Source of the DNA: an uncultured Lachnospiraceae bacterium
GTDB lineage: Bacteria; Bacillota; Clostridia; Lachnospirales; Lachnospiraceae
DNA length: 24,000 bases
Direction: 5' to 3'
Assembly: GCA_910585075.1 (NCBI GenBank)
Contig: CAJUED010000012.1
Span: 1 to 24,000, forward strand
Shown one piece after another: positions 7,683-15,218 of this stretch. The position numbers were made by a program, and so were the translations under genes. The notes under the pieces are model-generated. The model did no database searches. It was given only the letters and a program-made list of their open reading frames with translations, and was not told the DNA's origin. Position 1 is the stretch's first letter, and each line of letters opens with the position of its first letter.

Positions 7683-7728
7683 TACTATATTTATACCTAA
7701 AAGGTCAATAGATATGTCAAATATAGTA
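7683..7728 (-). promoter_or_regulatory. abiE promoter with a flanking 10-bp inverted repeat (candidate AbiEi operator)
   Basis: Arms TACTATATTT (7683-7692) and AAATATAGTA (7719-7728) are exact reverse complements. On the minus strand they bracket TTGACA and TATAAA(T) hexamers with a 19-nt spacer. AbiEi proteins are known to autoregulate through promoter inverted repeats. Confidence 0.45.
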
Positions 7729-7846
7729 TGTATGATTTTTCAAAAATTATACACGGAGGATAAAGGAGCGGAAAGCTTTGTATATAAGCCTGTATACCAT
7801 AATTTCCCTTTTAAAGTGTAGTTTTCAGGTCTAAGAACAGAAATTT

Positions 7847-8371
7847 TTACAGTTCCGTATCTGCCCGGTCATAGTACAAATGCCCCTGTGCCACTTTCGC
7901 ATGGTTCAAAATCAGTATGAAATGCCTGTCCTGGTTCTCCAATGCCTTTTTATATCCGGTTTTCGTCAGAAACAGTCTCATCCGACTCCCTTTATCCCCT
8001 ATGGGAGACTTTTCCGAAAGTACATCAAACACAATCATATGCTCTACTTCCGGATCAAAGCGTTCCAATGCCATGATATCATGTCCTTCCAGCTTCCGGG
8101 CACCGGATTTCTGCCGGGCCACAGCAATCATTTCCCCGACAGTCCTTGCGCTATGGGGCAGATGATAATTTCTCTGAATGTCACAGATCAGTTCTCTGCA
8201 GTCATCCTCCGAAAGTTCACGCAGTTTCTTTAACAGATTTTCTGCAGTATCCTTTTTATCATGGTCACGGGTATACCTGCAGAATACAGCAATCTCCTGT
8301 ATTGCATCATATCTGCCGCACCCCTCCAGCTGAAAGACCATCCTTTTCTCATCTTCAGTCAATGTTATCAT
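7847..8371 (-). CDS. TTRAP-like (transposon-transfer assisting) N-terminal domain fused to an uncharacterised C-terminal domain
   Basis: Start placed at ATG 8371 (MITLTEDEKRMVFQLEGCGRYDAIQEI...) with GGAGGA at 8377-8382. The N-terminal roughly 70 aa follow the TTRAP pattern as I recall it (xTxEExxxxxxx....L..L..LSDxD). I do not recognise the C-terminal roughly 100 aa. Confidence 0.5.
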   Translation of the reverse strand: MITLTEDEKRMVFQLEGCGRYDAIQEIAVFCRYTRDHDKKDTAENLLKKLRELSEDDCRELICDIQRNYHLPHSARTVGEMIAVARQKSGARKLEGHDIMALERFDPEVEHMIVFDVLSEKSPIGDKGSRMRLFLTKTGYKKALENQDRHFILILNHAKVAQGHLYYDRADTEL

Positions 8372-8419
8372 ATATTTCCTCCAATCCATAATTGCCTGTA
8401 TATTTCATATAGCTGCCTG

Positions 8420-8965
8420 TTATTGCTCTCTGGCATCCTTATCATCCGGAAAGAACTTCTCCAGAATGTCGATACTGTCTTTGGATGTATACCCCCACAA
8501 GATAGAGCTGAGTGCGTCAATCGCCTCCCGTCTTCTGCGGTAATAAGTGCGGAAACTGATATCCCGGATATGGGGGCGCAGTTTCTCTATGATTTCCTCC
8601 ACATTCCGCAACTGTTGTGGAGAAAGGAAAGAGTAATACAGCAGCCAGTAATAGCTCTCCCCATTCTTGTGTTTAGTGCGGAGCAGGTCGATGGAAGTAT
8701 CCAGTAGTTTCAGCATCCGGTGGCTCCGTTCAATGCATTTGGCGTGATGTTCGATACTGCGGTCTGACAGATCGATCCCGGCAACATAGACGGACTCCAG
8801 AAAGTCCTCAATGGAACTGCCGTATTCAATCTCGAACCGGCTCCGTACCTGCTGGACGGACAGTTCCAAGCTCCACACCACATCCCTGTATTTCTTCAGC
8901 AGTTTCCAGGTATCATGGTACAGCGGGTTGTCAGTGATGTTCATTTCTTCCTGATTCTTTTTCAT
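8420..8965 (-). CDS. Sigma-70 region-4 / ArpU-like transcriptional regulator of the mobile element
   Basis: 181 aa. The C-terminal ...ISFRTYYRRRREAIDALSSILWG resembles the HTH tail of ArpU/sigma-like regulators found in clostridial conjugative transposons. ATGA overlap with the upstream HTH gene (8962-8965). Shine-Dalgarno GGGGGAG is present. Confidence 0.5.
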   Translation of the reverse strand: MKKNQEEMNITDNPLYHDTWKLLKKYRDVVWSLELSVQQVRSRFEIEYGSSIEDFLESVYVAGIDLSDRSIEHHAKCIERSHRMLKLLDTSIDLLRTKHKNGESYYWLLYYSFLSPQQLRNVEEIIEKLRPHIRDISFRTYYRRRREAIDALSSILWGYTSKDSIDILEKFFPDDKDAREQ

Positions 8966-10119
8966 GCTCTTTCTCCCCCTTCCTCATTCTTTTCAGCAGG
9001 CATGAGAACCAGCTCAAAAGTGTAGACTGGCTTATCTTCTCCGCAGCATACCGCCATTCCAAAACGTACTGCAGTCTTTGGTGTATGACATATATACTCT
9101 TCCCTGCAGGCGTCTGATAAAGGATATAACTTATATATAGATTTCTGGCACTGAAAACAGGAAATTCCCTGTGCATCAAGGACTTGCGCTATTTTTCTGA
9201 TAACAGCATCCATGTCTGATTTTGAAACGCAGGATAATTCTTCTGAAACGCATGCCTCATACCCAGTAACAACAGAATCTGCCTGCGGCTCTTCTTTATC
9301 CGGCAGCGTGATATTGATTTTCAGGATCATGGCAACCTCCTCTTTATCCACAAGAACATCTGATATCTGGAACATGGTGGAAAGATAGCTGTGCAGATAG
9401 ATCACACTGCCTGTTTTTCCGGGAAATGACATGAGAGAAATATAGTCCATGTCAGCAAGTTTTTTCAGCACACGCCCTGTCGTGGCTTTGGAGATGCCCC
9501 AGCGGGCAGCCATCTCACTGTAAGCCACTAACGGGGAGCCGGTGCCATTGCGGAAGTAAGCAACCGGGCCAATCTCCGAACCCTGCACCTGGCTGTCATT
9601 GTAGACAGCAGACATCCACAGATCCAGCAGGATATCCATTTCGGAACAGCGGCCGGCGCTGACCAGTTCGGTTGCAACAACAACCGGCATAAAGAAAAAG
9701 CCCGTATCTTTCTGACAGGGGCAGTTGTAATCCAGTACCGTATTCTGTTTTTTCCAGTCACGGATCTTATATTTGATTACCTTCCCACGGTCGAGGAAGA
9801 GATAGGAGATCAGGTGGCGTTTCTGCAGCTCGTCCAGGATGGAGACTGCCTGGCACTGGAAACGGGTACGGAACCATGCAGACAGTTCCTTTACGGTACA
9901 GATCCACTCGCCGGGATATACCGTATAGCCGATTCCATCTATACGGAGATAAGAGGTACGGAAGTTTGCATAGTTGCAGAGCACCGTATAATAAAACAGA
10001 CCGGAGCCTCCATTTGTACGAATGCTCCGGTCTGCCATTAAGTTCTGGATAAACTGCCGATAGATCCGGCAGCGTGGATAATCCACAATCTGTTTGATTT
10101 CTAATTGATATTCTGACAT
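8962..10119 (-). CDS. Helix-turn-helix (winged-helix) domain protein of the element; putative replication or regulatory function
   Basis: Start at ATG 10119 (MSEYQLEIKQIVDYPRCRIY...) with AGGAGAAAATC upstream; the track's 10209 start lacks a Shine-Dalgarno. Internal HTH reads YSEMAARWGISKATTGRVLKKLADMDYISL. Translationally coupled to the sigma-like gene. Confidence 0.6.
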   Translation of the reverse strand: MSEYQLEIKQIVDYPRCRIYRQFIQNLMADRSIRTNGGSGLFYYTVLCNYANFRTSYLRIDGIGYTVYPGEWICTVKELSAWFRTRFQCQAVSILDELQKRHLISYLFLDRGKVIKYKIRDWKKQNTVLDYNCPCQKDTGFFFMPVVVATELVSAGRCSEMDILLDLWMSAVYNDSQVQGSEIGPVAYFRNGTGSPLVAYSEMAARWGISKATTGRVLKKLADMDYISLMSFPGKTGSVIYLHSYLSTMFQISDVLVDKEEVAMILKINITLPDKEEPQADSVVTGYEACVSEELSCVSKSDMDAVIRKIAQVLDAQGISCFQCQKSIYKLYPLSDACREEYICHTPKTAVRFGMAVCCGEDKPVYTFELVLMPAEKNEEGGERA

Positions 10120-10188
10120 GATTTTCTCCTCATTTCTTAAAGTTTTTCTGATGCGAAAATTAAGTTTCTGCTGTTTACTCATTTTCTG

Positions 10189-10229
10189 CAAAAAAAATCT
10201 ACAAGACAAATTTCCAATGTCTTGTAGAT
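10189..10229 (-). terminator. Rho-independent terminator: 12-bp stem, 9-nt loop and T-run on the minus strand
   Basis: ATCTACAAGACA (10197-10208) and TGTCTTGTAGAT (10218-10229) are exact reverse complements. On the minus strand the stem is followed by T7 (plus-strand A-run 10190-10196). It sits between the uvrB junction and the first element gene. Confidence 0.6.
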
Positions 10230-10347
10230 CATAAATCAGCCTCTATTTCTTTTTCAAAATACTTTCCACGACGAATTTTGTTCACAATTCCTATGATTCC
10301 ACCCTGTTTTTTCAGTCCATACAGTCCATTCATTCCACAAGATATAG

Positions 10348-10377
10348 TATAAATAGGACTAAATAACACTAAATACA
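10348..10377. repeat. Three tandem 10-bp units (TATAAATAGG / ACTAAATAAC / ACTAAATACA) next to the element/uvrB junction
   Basis: Read directly. The core (C)TAAATA recurs with 10-bp helical phasing, 20-50 bp inside the apparent junction. Confidence 0.55.
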
Positions 10378-10397
10378 GTAGTTAGAAGTGCCTACTC

Positions 10398-10670
10398 CTA
10401 GTAGCTTACAAAGTACTCCACCGCATTCTCAGGGAAGAACTCCTTGAACTCGCCGTACAACTGTCCGGCCAGGGTTTTATTGTGGGCTATTACCAAAGTA
10501 GGCTTGTTTATAGCGGCAATCACATTTGCCATGGTAAAGGTCTTTCCGGAACCCGTTACCCCCAGTAAAGTCTGGAATTGATTGCCTTCTTTGAAGCCTT
10601 TGACCAGGGCTTCTATGGCCTGCGGCTGGTCGCCGGTAGGCTTATATTCACTGTGCAGTTTAAACTCCAT
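10398..10670 (-). pseudogene. uvrB: uvrB 5' fragment (excinuclease ABC subunit B, first 90 codons only), interrupted by the mobile element
   Basis: [52 protein letters not shown]...[14 protein letters not shown] is the canonical UvrB N-terminus including Walker A. Full-length UvrB is about 660 aa and continues YYDYYQPEAY. Here a TAG follows at 10398-10400 and the downstream DNA is unrelated. Confidence 0.85.
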
Positions 10671-10780
10671 AAACCTAATTCACCTCCAGAAATAAAATTT
10701 AAATGCTCTATTCCCACAGCAAAAAATCTGACCATTGATACGGCATTCCTGTATATGCTGCCTGTGCAAAAGCAGTTTTG

Positions 10781-10809
10781 ATTATAACATACGGGATAAA
10801 ATTTGTACA
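10781..10809 (-). promoter_or_regulatory. Candidate uvrB promoter: extended -10 TGtTATAAT and -35 TGTACA
   Basis: On the minus strand, TATAAT is the complement of 10781-10786, preceded by TGt. TGTACA lies at 10804-10809 with a 17-nt spacer. It is about 110 nt upstream of the uvrB ATG. Confidence 0.4.
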
Positions 10810-10819
10810 GCACTTTTCA

Positions 10820-10831
10820 GAACATTTGTTC
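10820..10831. promoter_or_regulatory. LexA (Cheo-type SOS) box GAACATTTGTTC
   Basis: aGAAC-N4-GTTCt palindromic arms match the Firmicutes LexA consensus CGAAC-N4-GTTCG core. It sits just upstream of the candidate -35 of uvrB, a classic SOS gene. Confidence 0.55.
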
Positions 10832-10964
10832 TTATTTCATAACAGTTCAGCCTTCAACTTCACTGTTACGGAATCTCTCCGGTTTCATACAATAATGGGA
10901 AAGTTGATGTTTCCGGCATTTATCTCAACCGAAAATACAACTTTCCCATTTATTCTTAACCATA

Positions 10965-12266
10965 TTACTGCTTCTTAGCAATTTCCTGCTCTAATATCTC
11001 AATCGCCTTATCCACCTGGTTATCGCTTCCGCTGGCCTCGCTGGCTTCATAGTCATACTCCAATTCAATATCCGGTTTGATTCCCGTACCATGGATATTC
11101 CTTCCCAGGGGCGTATAATAAGCGCTGATGGTCAGCTTAAGGGCGGTACCGTCGTTGAGCCGGTGTATCTGCTGGACAATTCCCTTTCCGTAGGTAGTGG
11201 TTCCAACCAGCGTGCCCTTTTTATAATCCTGAATGGCCCCTGCCAGTATCTCGGAAGCGCTTGCCGAATATTCATTTACCAGTACCACCAGGGGAACATC
11301 CAGCTCCTTTTCCCCGTCGCAGGAGTATTCCTTCCGTGTTCCCTGTTTGTCCTCGGTGTATACGATAAGCCCCTCCGGCAGTATTTTTCTGGCGATTTCC
11401 ACCACCGCATTTAAATCGCCCCCGGGATTGCTGCGAAGGTCAAGTATCATACCTTCCATACCGTTTGCCCGCAATTCCGCCATCGCCTCCGTATACTGGT
11501 CCACGGTCACCGCGTCAAACTCCTGAATCCGCAGATACCCGATATTGTCGGCATCCTCCAACATACCGCTGTCCACCGTGTTGGTCTCCAGCCGTTTGCT
11601 CCGTTTGATTTCCATCCGCTGGAAATCAACCTCGCCTTCCCTGTAAATCGTCAATTCCACAGTGGTTCCTTCCCGTCCCTTCACCAGGCTGACCACCTGG
11701 GTAAGGCTCATTCCCTGGGTGGACTCGCCGTCCACCTCATAAATGATATCCCCTTCCCTAAGACCTGCCTCCTCAGCCGGGGAGCCTTCCATAACCCCGT
11801 TAATCATGGCGATATTCATCTGCTTGCTCATGGAAATATAAGCCCCTATTCCATAAGAAACCCCCTGATTGCTGTTTACCACTTCCTCCAGTTCTTCTTT
11901 GGAATAATACTCGGAATAAGGGTCCCCTAAGGCATTTACCATTCCTTTATAAATGCCTTCCTGTATTCTTTCTTCGTCTATCTTATCCTCATAGAAATAA
12001 TACTCATTGATAGCATTCTCTATAATCTGCATTTTCTCAAAGGTGTCGGCAGTCACCACACTTTCACTGCCGCCCTCCGCAGCCGTATCCACCACGCGCC
12101 CTTTGTACAGCCGGTAAATCGTCCTTCCCAGATATCCGCATGTAAAAAGCAGGGATATGACAAGCATTCCCGTAACCATACCGCCTAAAAAGTATCCGGA
12201 ATGCTTCCCCTTCACCGGCTCATCCTGTCTCTCTATTCTGTTGTCCGTTCCCTCTGCCTTGTCCAC
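10965..12266 (-). CDS. S41 family C-terminal processing (tail-specific) protease with N-terminal TM anchor and PDZ domain
   Basis: 433 aa with a TM helix (FLGGMVTGMLVISLLF) and PDZ-like GDIIYEVDGEST. S41 catalytic blocks are LDLRSNPGG, SASASEILAGA and KGIVQ. GTG start with GGAGAG Shine-Dalgarno. Confidence 0.85.
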   Translation of the reverse strand: MDKAEGTDNRIERQDEPVKGKHSGYFLGGMVTGMLVISLLFTCGYLGRTIYRLYKGRVVDTAAEGGSESVVTADTFEKMQIIENAINEYYFYEDKIDEERIQEGIYKGMVNALGDPYSEYYSKEELEEVVNSNQGVSYGIGAYISMSKQMNIAMINGVMEGSPAEEAGLREGDIIYEVDGESTQGMSLTQVVSLVKGREGTTVELTIYREGEVDFQRMEIKRSKRLETNTVDSGMLEDADNIGYLRIQEFDAVTVDQYTEAMAELRANGMEGMILDLRSNPGGDLNAVVEIARKILPEGLIVYTEDKQGTRKEYSCDGEKELDVPLVVLVNEYSASASEILAGAIQDYKKGTLVGTTTYGKGIVQQIHRLNDGTALKLTISAYYTPLGRNIHGTGIKPDIELEYDYEASEASGSDNQVDKAIEILEQEIAKKQ

Positions 12267-12320
12267 TTATATTCTCTCCATTCCGGTCAATCTCTGTCTT
12301 TCCACAATCTCACAATTTAT

Positions 12321-13541
12321 TCAGCCCCCTAAGTACTTCCTGGGATTCACATAGCTTCCGTTTAACCGTACCCCAAAGTGCAGGTGGTTTCCCGTGGAAC
12401 GCCCCGTGCTTCCCACTGCTGCAATCTTAGCTCCCTTTGAGACTTCCGCCCCCTTTGAAACATAAAGAGCTGACGCATGCATGTAAATCGTATACAGGCC
12501 GTCGCCGTGATCTATCATAATATAGTTTCCCATACTGCCGCTGTAGGCTGCAGCCACAACTTTTCCATCATAGGCCGCCAAAATGGGACTTCCTCCCGGC
12601 GCCGCCATATCAAGGCCGTTATGAAATTTCTTCACCTTTAAGGTAGGATGCATACGCTCCCCGTATTCGTCAGAAATCCTTGTATAGGAAGGCGCGGGCC
12701 ACGTAAACATGCCTCCGTCATACCGGCGTGCCTGCTCCTCCGCCAGCTTCTTCTTCTCCTCGGCAACCGCCGCTTCCAGCGCCGCAATAGTCTCATTTTC
12801 AGATGCAATGCTGGCCTCGTACTCCTTGATGGCAGCCTCTTTGTCCTTGATGTCCCCTGAAACCTTATAAATTTCCTGTTCCTTGGCCGCTATCAGTTCG
12901 TTTAAAGAGGCTTCTTCTTTCCTGGCCGCCTCCTTGGCTTCCTCCAGGACTCCCTTTTCTTCTTCCAATCCTTCTTTGCACAGCGACACATACTCCGCAT
13001 AAGCCACATATTCATCCAGCATTTTCCTGTCATAGGCGGAAAGCATCTCTATGTAATCCGCCTTATTCAGCATATCTCCAAAGCTCTCCGCCTCCAAAAA
13101 GAGCTCCAGAAACAGAGTATCACCTTTTTCATACATGAATTTGATGCGGTTCTTCATGGCTTTATACTGGTCCTGCTGGGTTTCGATGGCCTCCTCCAGC
13201 TCCCCGGTTTTCACATTGATTTCTTCTTCTTTCTCCTCAATCATTGTTTTGAGTTCGTTGAGCTTTGCCTGAATACCCGCAAGGTCAGTGTCCAGCTTCG
13301 CCACATAATTGGCCAGATCCGCCTTGGACGCCTCCAGCTGCTTTTTCAATTCTTTTACATTTGTAAGGCCGCCCTGCAGCGCCTTTTTTTCTTCCTTTGC
13401 TTTATTGATTTCTGCTTCCTTCTTTTTGATACTGTCATTGGTCAGCTCGCTGGCATAAGCAGTGGTCTCACCCTCCCAGGCAATTCCCCAAACCAGTCCA
13501 AGGCAAAGCAGCACACAAAGCATATTTCTCCATCGCCTCAT
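12321..13541 (-). CDS. M23 family metallopeptidase with signal peptide and long coiled-coil N-terminus (EnvC/PcsB-like FtsEX partner)
   Basis: Signal-like MLCVLLCLGLVWGIAW, then a roughly 250-aa K/E/A-rich coiled coil. C-terminal LytM motifs are HNGLDMAAPGGSPI and GNHLHFGVRLNG. Directly downstream of ftsEX. Confidence 0.85.
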   Translation of the reverse strand: MRRWRNMLCVLLCLGLVWGIAWEGETTAYASELTNDSIKKKEAEINKAKEEKKALQGGLTNVKELKKQLEASKADLANYVAKLDTDLAGIQAKLNELKTMIEEKEEEINVKTGELEEAIETQQDQYKAMKNRIKFMYEKGDTLFLELFLEAESFGDMLNKADYIEMLSAYDRKMLDEYVAYAEYVSLCKEGLEEEKGVLEEAKEAARKEEASLNELIAAKEQEIYKVSGDIKDKEAAIKEYEASIASENETIAALEAAVAEEKKKLAEEQARRYDGGMFTWPAPSYTRISDEYGERMHPTLKVKKFHNGLDMAAPGGSPILAAYDGKVVAAAYSGSMGNYIMIDHGDGLYTIYMHASALYVSKGAEVSKGAKIAAVGSTGRSTGNHLHFGVRLNGSYVNPRKYLGG

Positions 13542-13552
13542 CTTTACCTCAA

Positions 13553-14449
13553 TTACACCTTAAGGTGTTTCCTGACCGTAGTCACACTGCCCAAAAATCC
13601 CATGCCCACTCCCATGATAATGGATGCCGGCAGCAACGTGTTAAAGATAATCTCCACCGGCAGGAAGGATAACAATTTTGTCAAAATGGAAAACCTTAAC
13701 ATAATATATTCAATCACTTTTTCATAAAGAACGTACAGGATTCCCACCGGTATCATTGCGCCAATCAATCCAATCATCATGCCTTCAATCACGAAAGGAG
13801 CCCGGACAAAAAAGTCTGTGGCGCCAATATACTTCATAATATTAATTTCCTCTTTCCGCACGGAAATACCGATTGTTACCGTGTTGCTGATAAGGAAAAT
13901 GGACACTGCAAACAAAATGACTATGATACCTACTGAAATATATGCGATCAGGGCATTCACCCCTGTCAGTGTGGACGCCATGACCTCAGACCTGTTTACC
14001 TCCCTGATTCCTTCCGTCTCCTCCAGATAGGAAACCAGCGCCGGCTGCATGGACACGTCGCTCAAGTAAATCTCATAGCTGGCTGAATTCTCCAGGGGGT
14101 TTTCCGTAAAACCGTCCGCATATTCTCCCAGGTAATCCTCCCGAAACTCCGCCCATGCTTCGTCTGCGGATTTAAACACCACTTTGGAAACTTCCGTGCG
14201 CTTTTCGATCATTGCGCCAATCTCCTGTATCCGCTCCTGGCTGATTCCCTCATCAAAGAACACTGTTACCGACATGCCTTCCTCGGCATTTTTCACAATA
14301 CTCTGAAAATTCATTACAATAGCATAAAACAATCCAAACAAAAACAGACAGGCCCCGATCGTGGCTATGGATGCCAGCGAAAACCATTTGTTTCTGAAAA
14401 TATTGATGATTCCCTGCTTAATGGTATAAAAAAATGTACTAATCCTCAT
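13553..14449 (-). CDS. ftsX: FtsX-like cell-division permease
   Basis: 298 aa with an N-terminal TM, an extracellular domain and three C-terminal TMs. Overlaps the ftsE stop by 11 nt. Confidence 0.85.
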   Translation of the reverse strand: MRISTFFYTIKQGIINIFRNKWFSLASIATIGACLFLFGLFYAIVMNFQSIVKNAEEGMSVTVFFDEGISQERIQEIGAMIEKRTEVSKVVFKSADEAWAEFREDYLGEYADGFTENPLENSASYEIYLSDVSMQPALVSYLEETEGIREVNRSEVMASTLTGVNALIAYISVGIIVILFAVSIFLISNTVTIGISVRKEEINIMKYIGATDFFVRAPFVIEGMMIGLIGAMIPVGILYVLYEKVIEYIMLRFSILTKLLSFLPVEIIFNTLLPASIIMGVGMGFLGSVTTVRKHLKV

Positions 14450-15185
14450 CTATGTAGCCACCTTTTTCTTCGTCGCTTACAATGACGCCTTTCTTCATGG
14501 TAACAACCCTCTTTTGCATTGCATTGACAATCTCACGATTGTGGGTTACCACAAGCACCGTCGTTCCGTTTTCGTTAATCTGCTCCAGCAGCTTCATAAT
14601 TTCCCAGGAATTCTTAGGGTCCAGATTACCCGTAGGCTCGTCCGCAAGCAGAATGCTGGGGCGGTTCACAAGCGCCCTGGCAATGGCCACTCTCTGCTGC
14701 TCCCCTCCGGAGAGCTGTCTGGGTTTTGCTTTATACTTTCCCGCCAGCCCCACAATTGCCAGAATGCTGGGAACATTCCGCTTAATTTCTTTGTTTGACA
14801 CCTGTATAATGCGCTGTGCAAAAGCCACATTTTCATATACGTTTCTGTCCTTCAAAAGACGGAAATCCTGGAACACAATACCAAGATTTCTTCGGAATTT
14901 GGGTATTTTCCTGTGGCGTATCCGCACCAGATCGTACCCCATCACATTAATATCGCCTGAAGTGGGTACAAGTTCTCTAAGCAGGAGCTTGATCATGGTA
15001 GATTTCCCCGATCCGCTGTCCCCTACAATAAATACGAATTCGCCCTTTTTAATATGTAAACTGACTCCGTTTAACGCAGGGGCCCCTGTGGCATACGCTT
15101 TACTTACATTGTTCAGCGTAATAATTTCATCCCCTCCGGAAATATGCTTTTTTCTTCTCCTGCTTCTTGCGTCACTTCTTACCAC
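14439..15185 (-). CDS. ftsE: FtsE cell-division ABC ATPase
   Basis: Walker [10 protein letters not shown], signature [15 protein letters not shown] and Walker [16 protein letters not shown] start at 15185 with GGAGGA upstream. The exact start is ambiguous (see finding). Confidence 0.9.
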   Translation of the reverse strand: MVRSDARSRRRKKHISGGDEIITLNNVSKAYATGAPALNGVSLHIKKGEFVFIVGDSGSGKSTMIKLLLRELVPTSGDINVMGYDLVRIRHRKIPKFRRNLGIVFQDFRLLKDRNVYENVAFAQRIIQVSNKEIKRNVPSILAIVGLAGKYKAKPRQLSGGEQQRVAIARALVNRPSILLADEPTGNLDPKNSWEIMKLLEQINENGTTVLVVTHNREIVNAMQKRVVTMKKGVIVSDEEKGGYIDED

Positions 15186-15218
15186 AATTATCCTCCGCCT
15201 GTACTTTCGTACTTCATT

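Larger units (their letters stand above)
1..10400. mobile_element. Right-hand part of an integrative/conjugative-type element (Firmicutes TTRAP / Cys-rich-VLP type backbone) carrying defence cargo. Right junction lies at about 10398-10400 inside uvrB; left end is outside the window.
   Basis: Backbone genes typical of clostridial conjugative transposons: Cys-rich VLP protein, TTRAP-like protein, sigma/ArpU-like regulator and HTH protein. uvrB reading frame stops abruptly at 10398-10400. No recombinase or transfer genes are visible in the window, so the element class is inferred. Confidence 0.7.

Noticed and set aside
1368-7807. 10-bp identity CCATAATTTC at 1368-1377 and 7798-7807, in the two intergenic regions that flank the defence cargo; possible target-site duplication
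   Set aside because: Only 10 bp are identical, the surrounding similarity is weak (TATATA-rich), and a chance match in AT-rich DNA cannot be excluded without statistics or comparison with cargo-free relatives. Noted but not claimed.
7880-8707. Plus-strand ORFs 7880-8233, 7917-8165, 8146-8391 and 8261-8707
   Set aside because: All are antisense to the TTRAP-like and sigma-like genes. One spans an intergenic gap between two minus-strand genes. Their composition is not protein-like.
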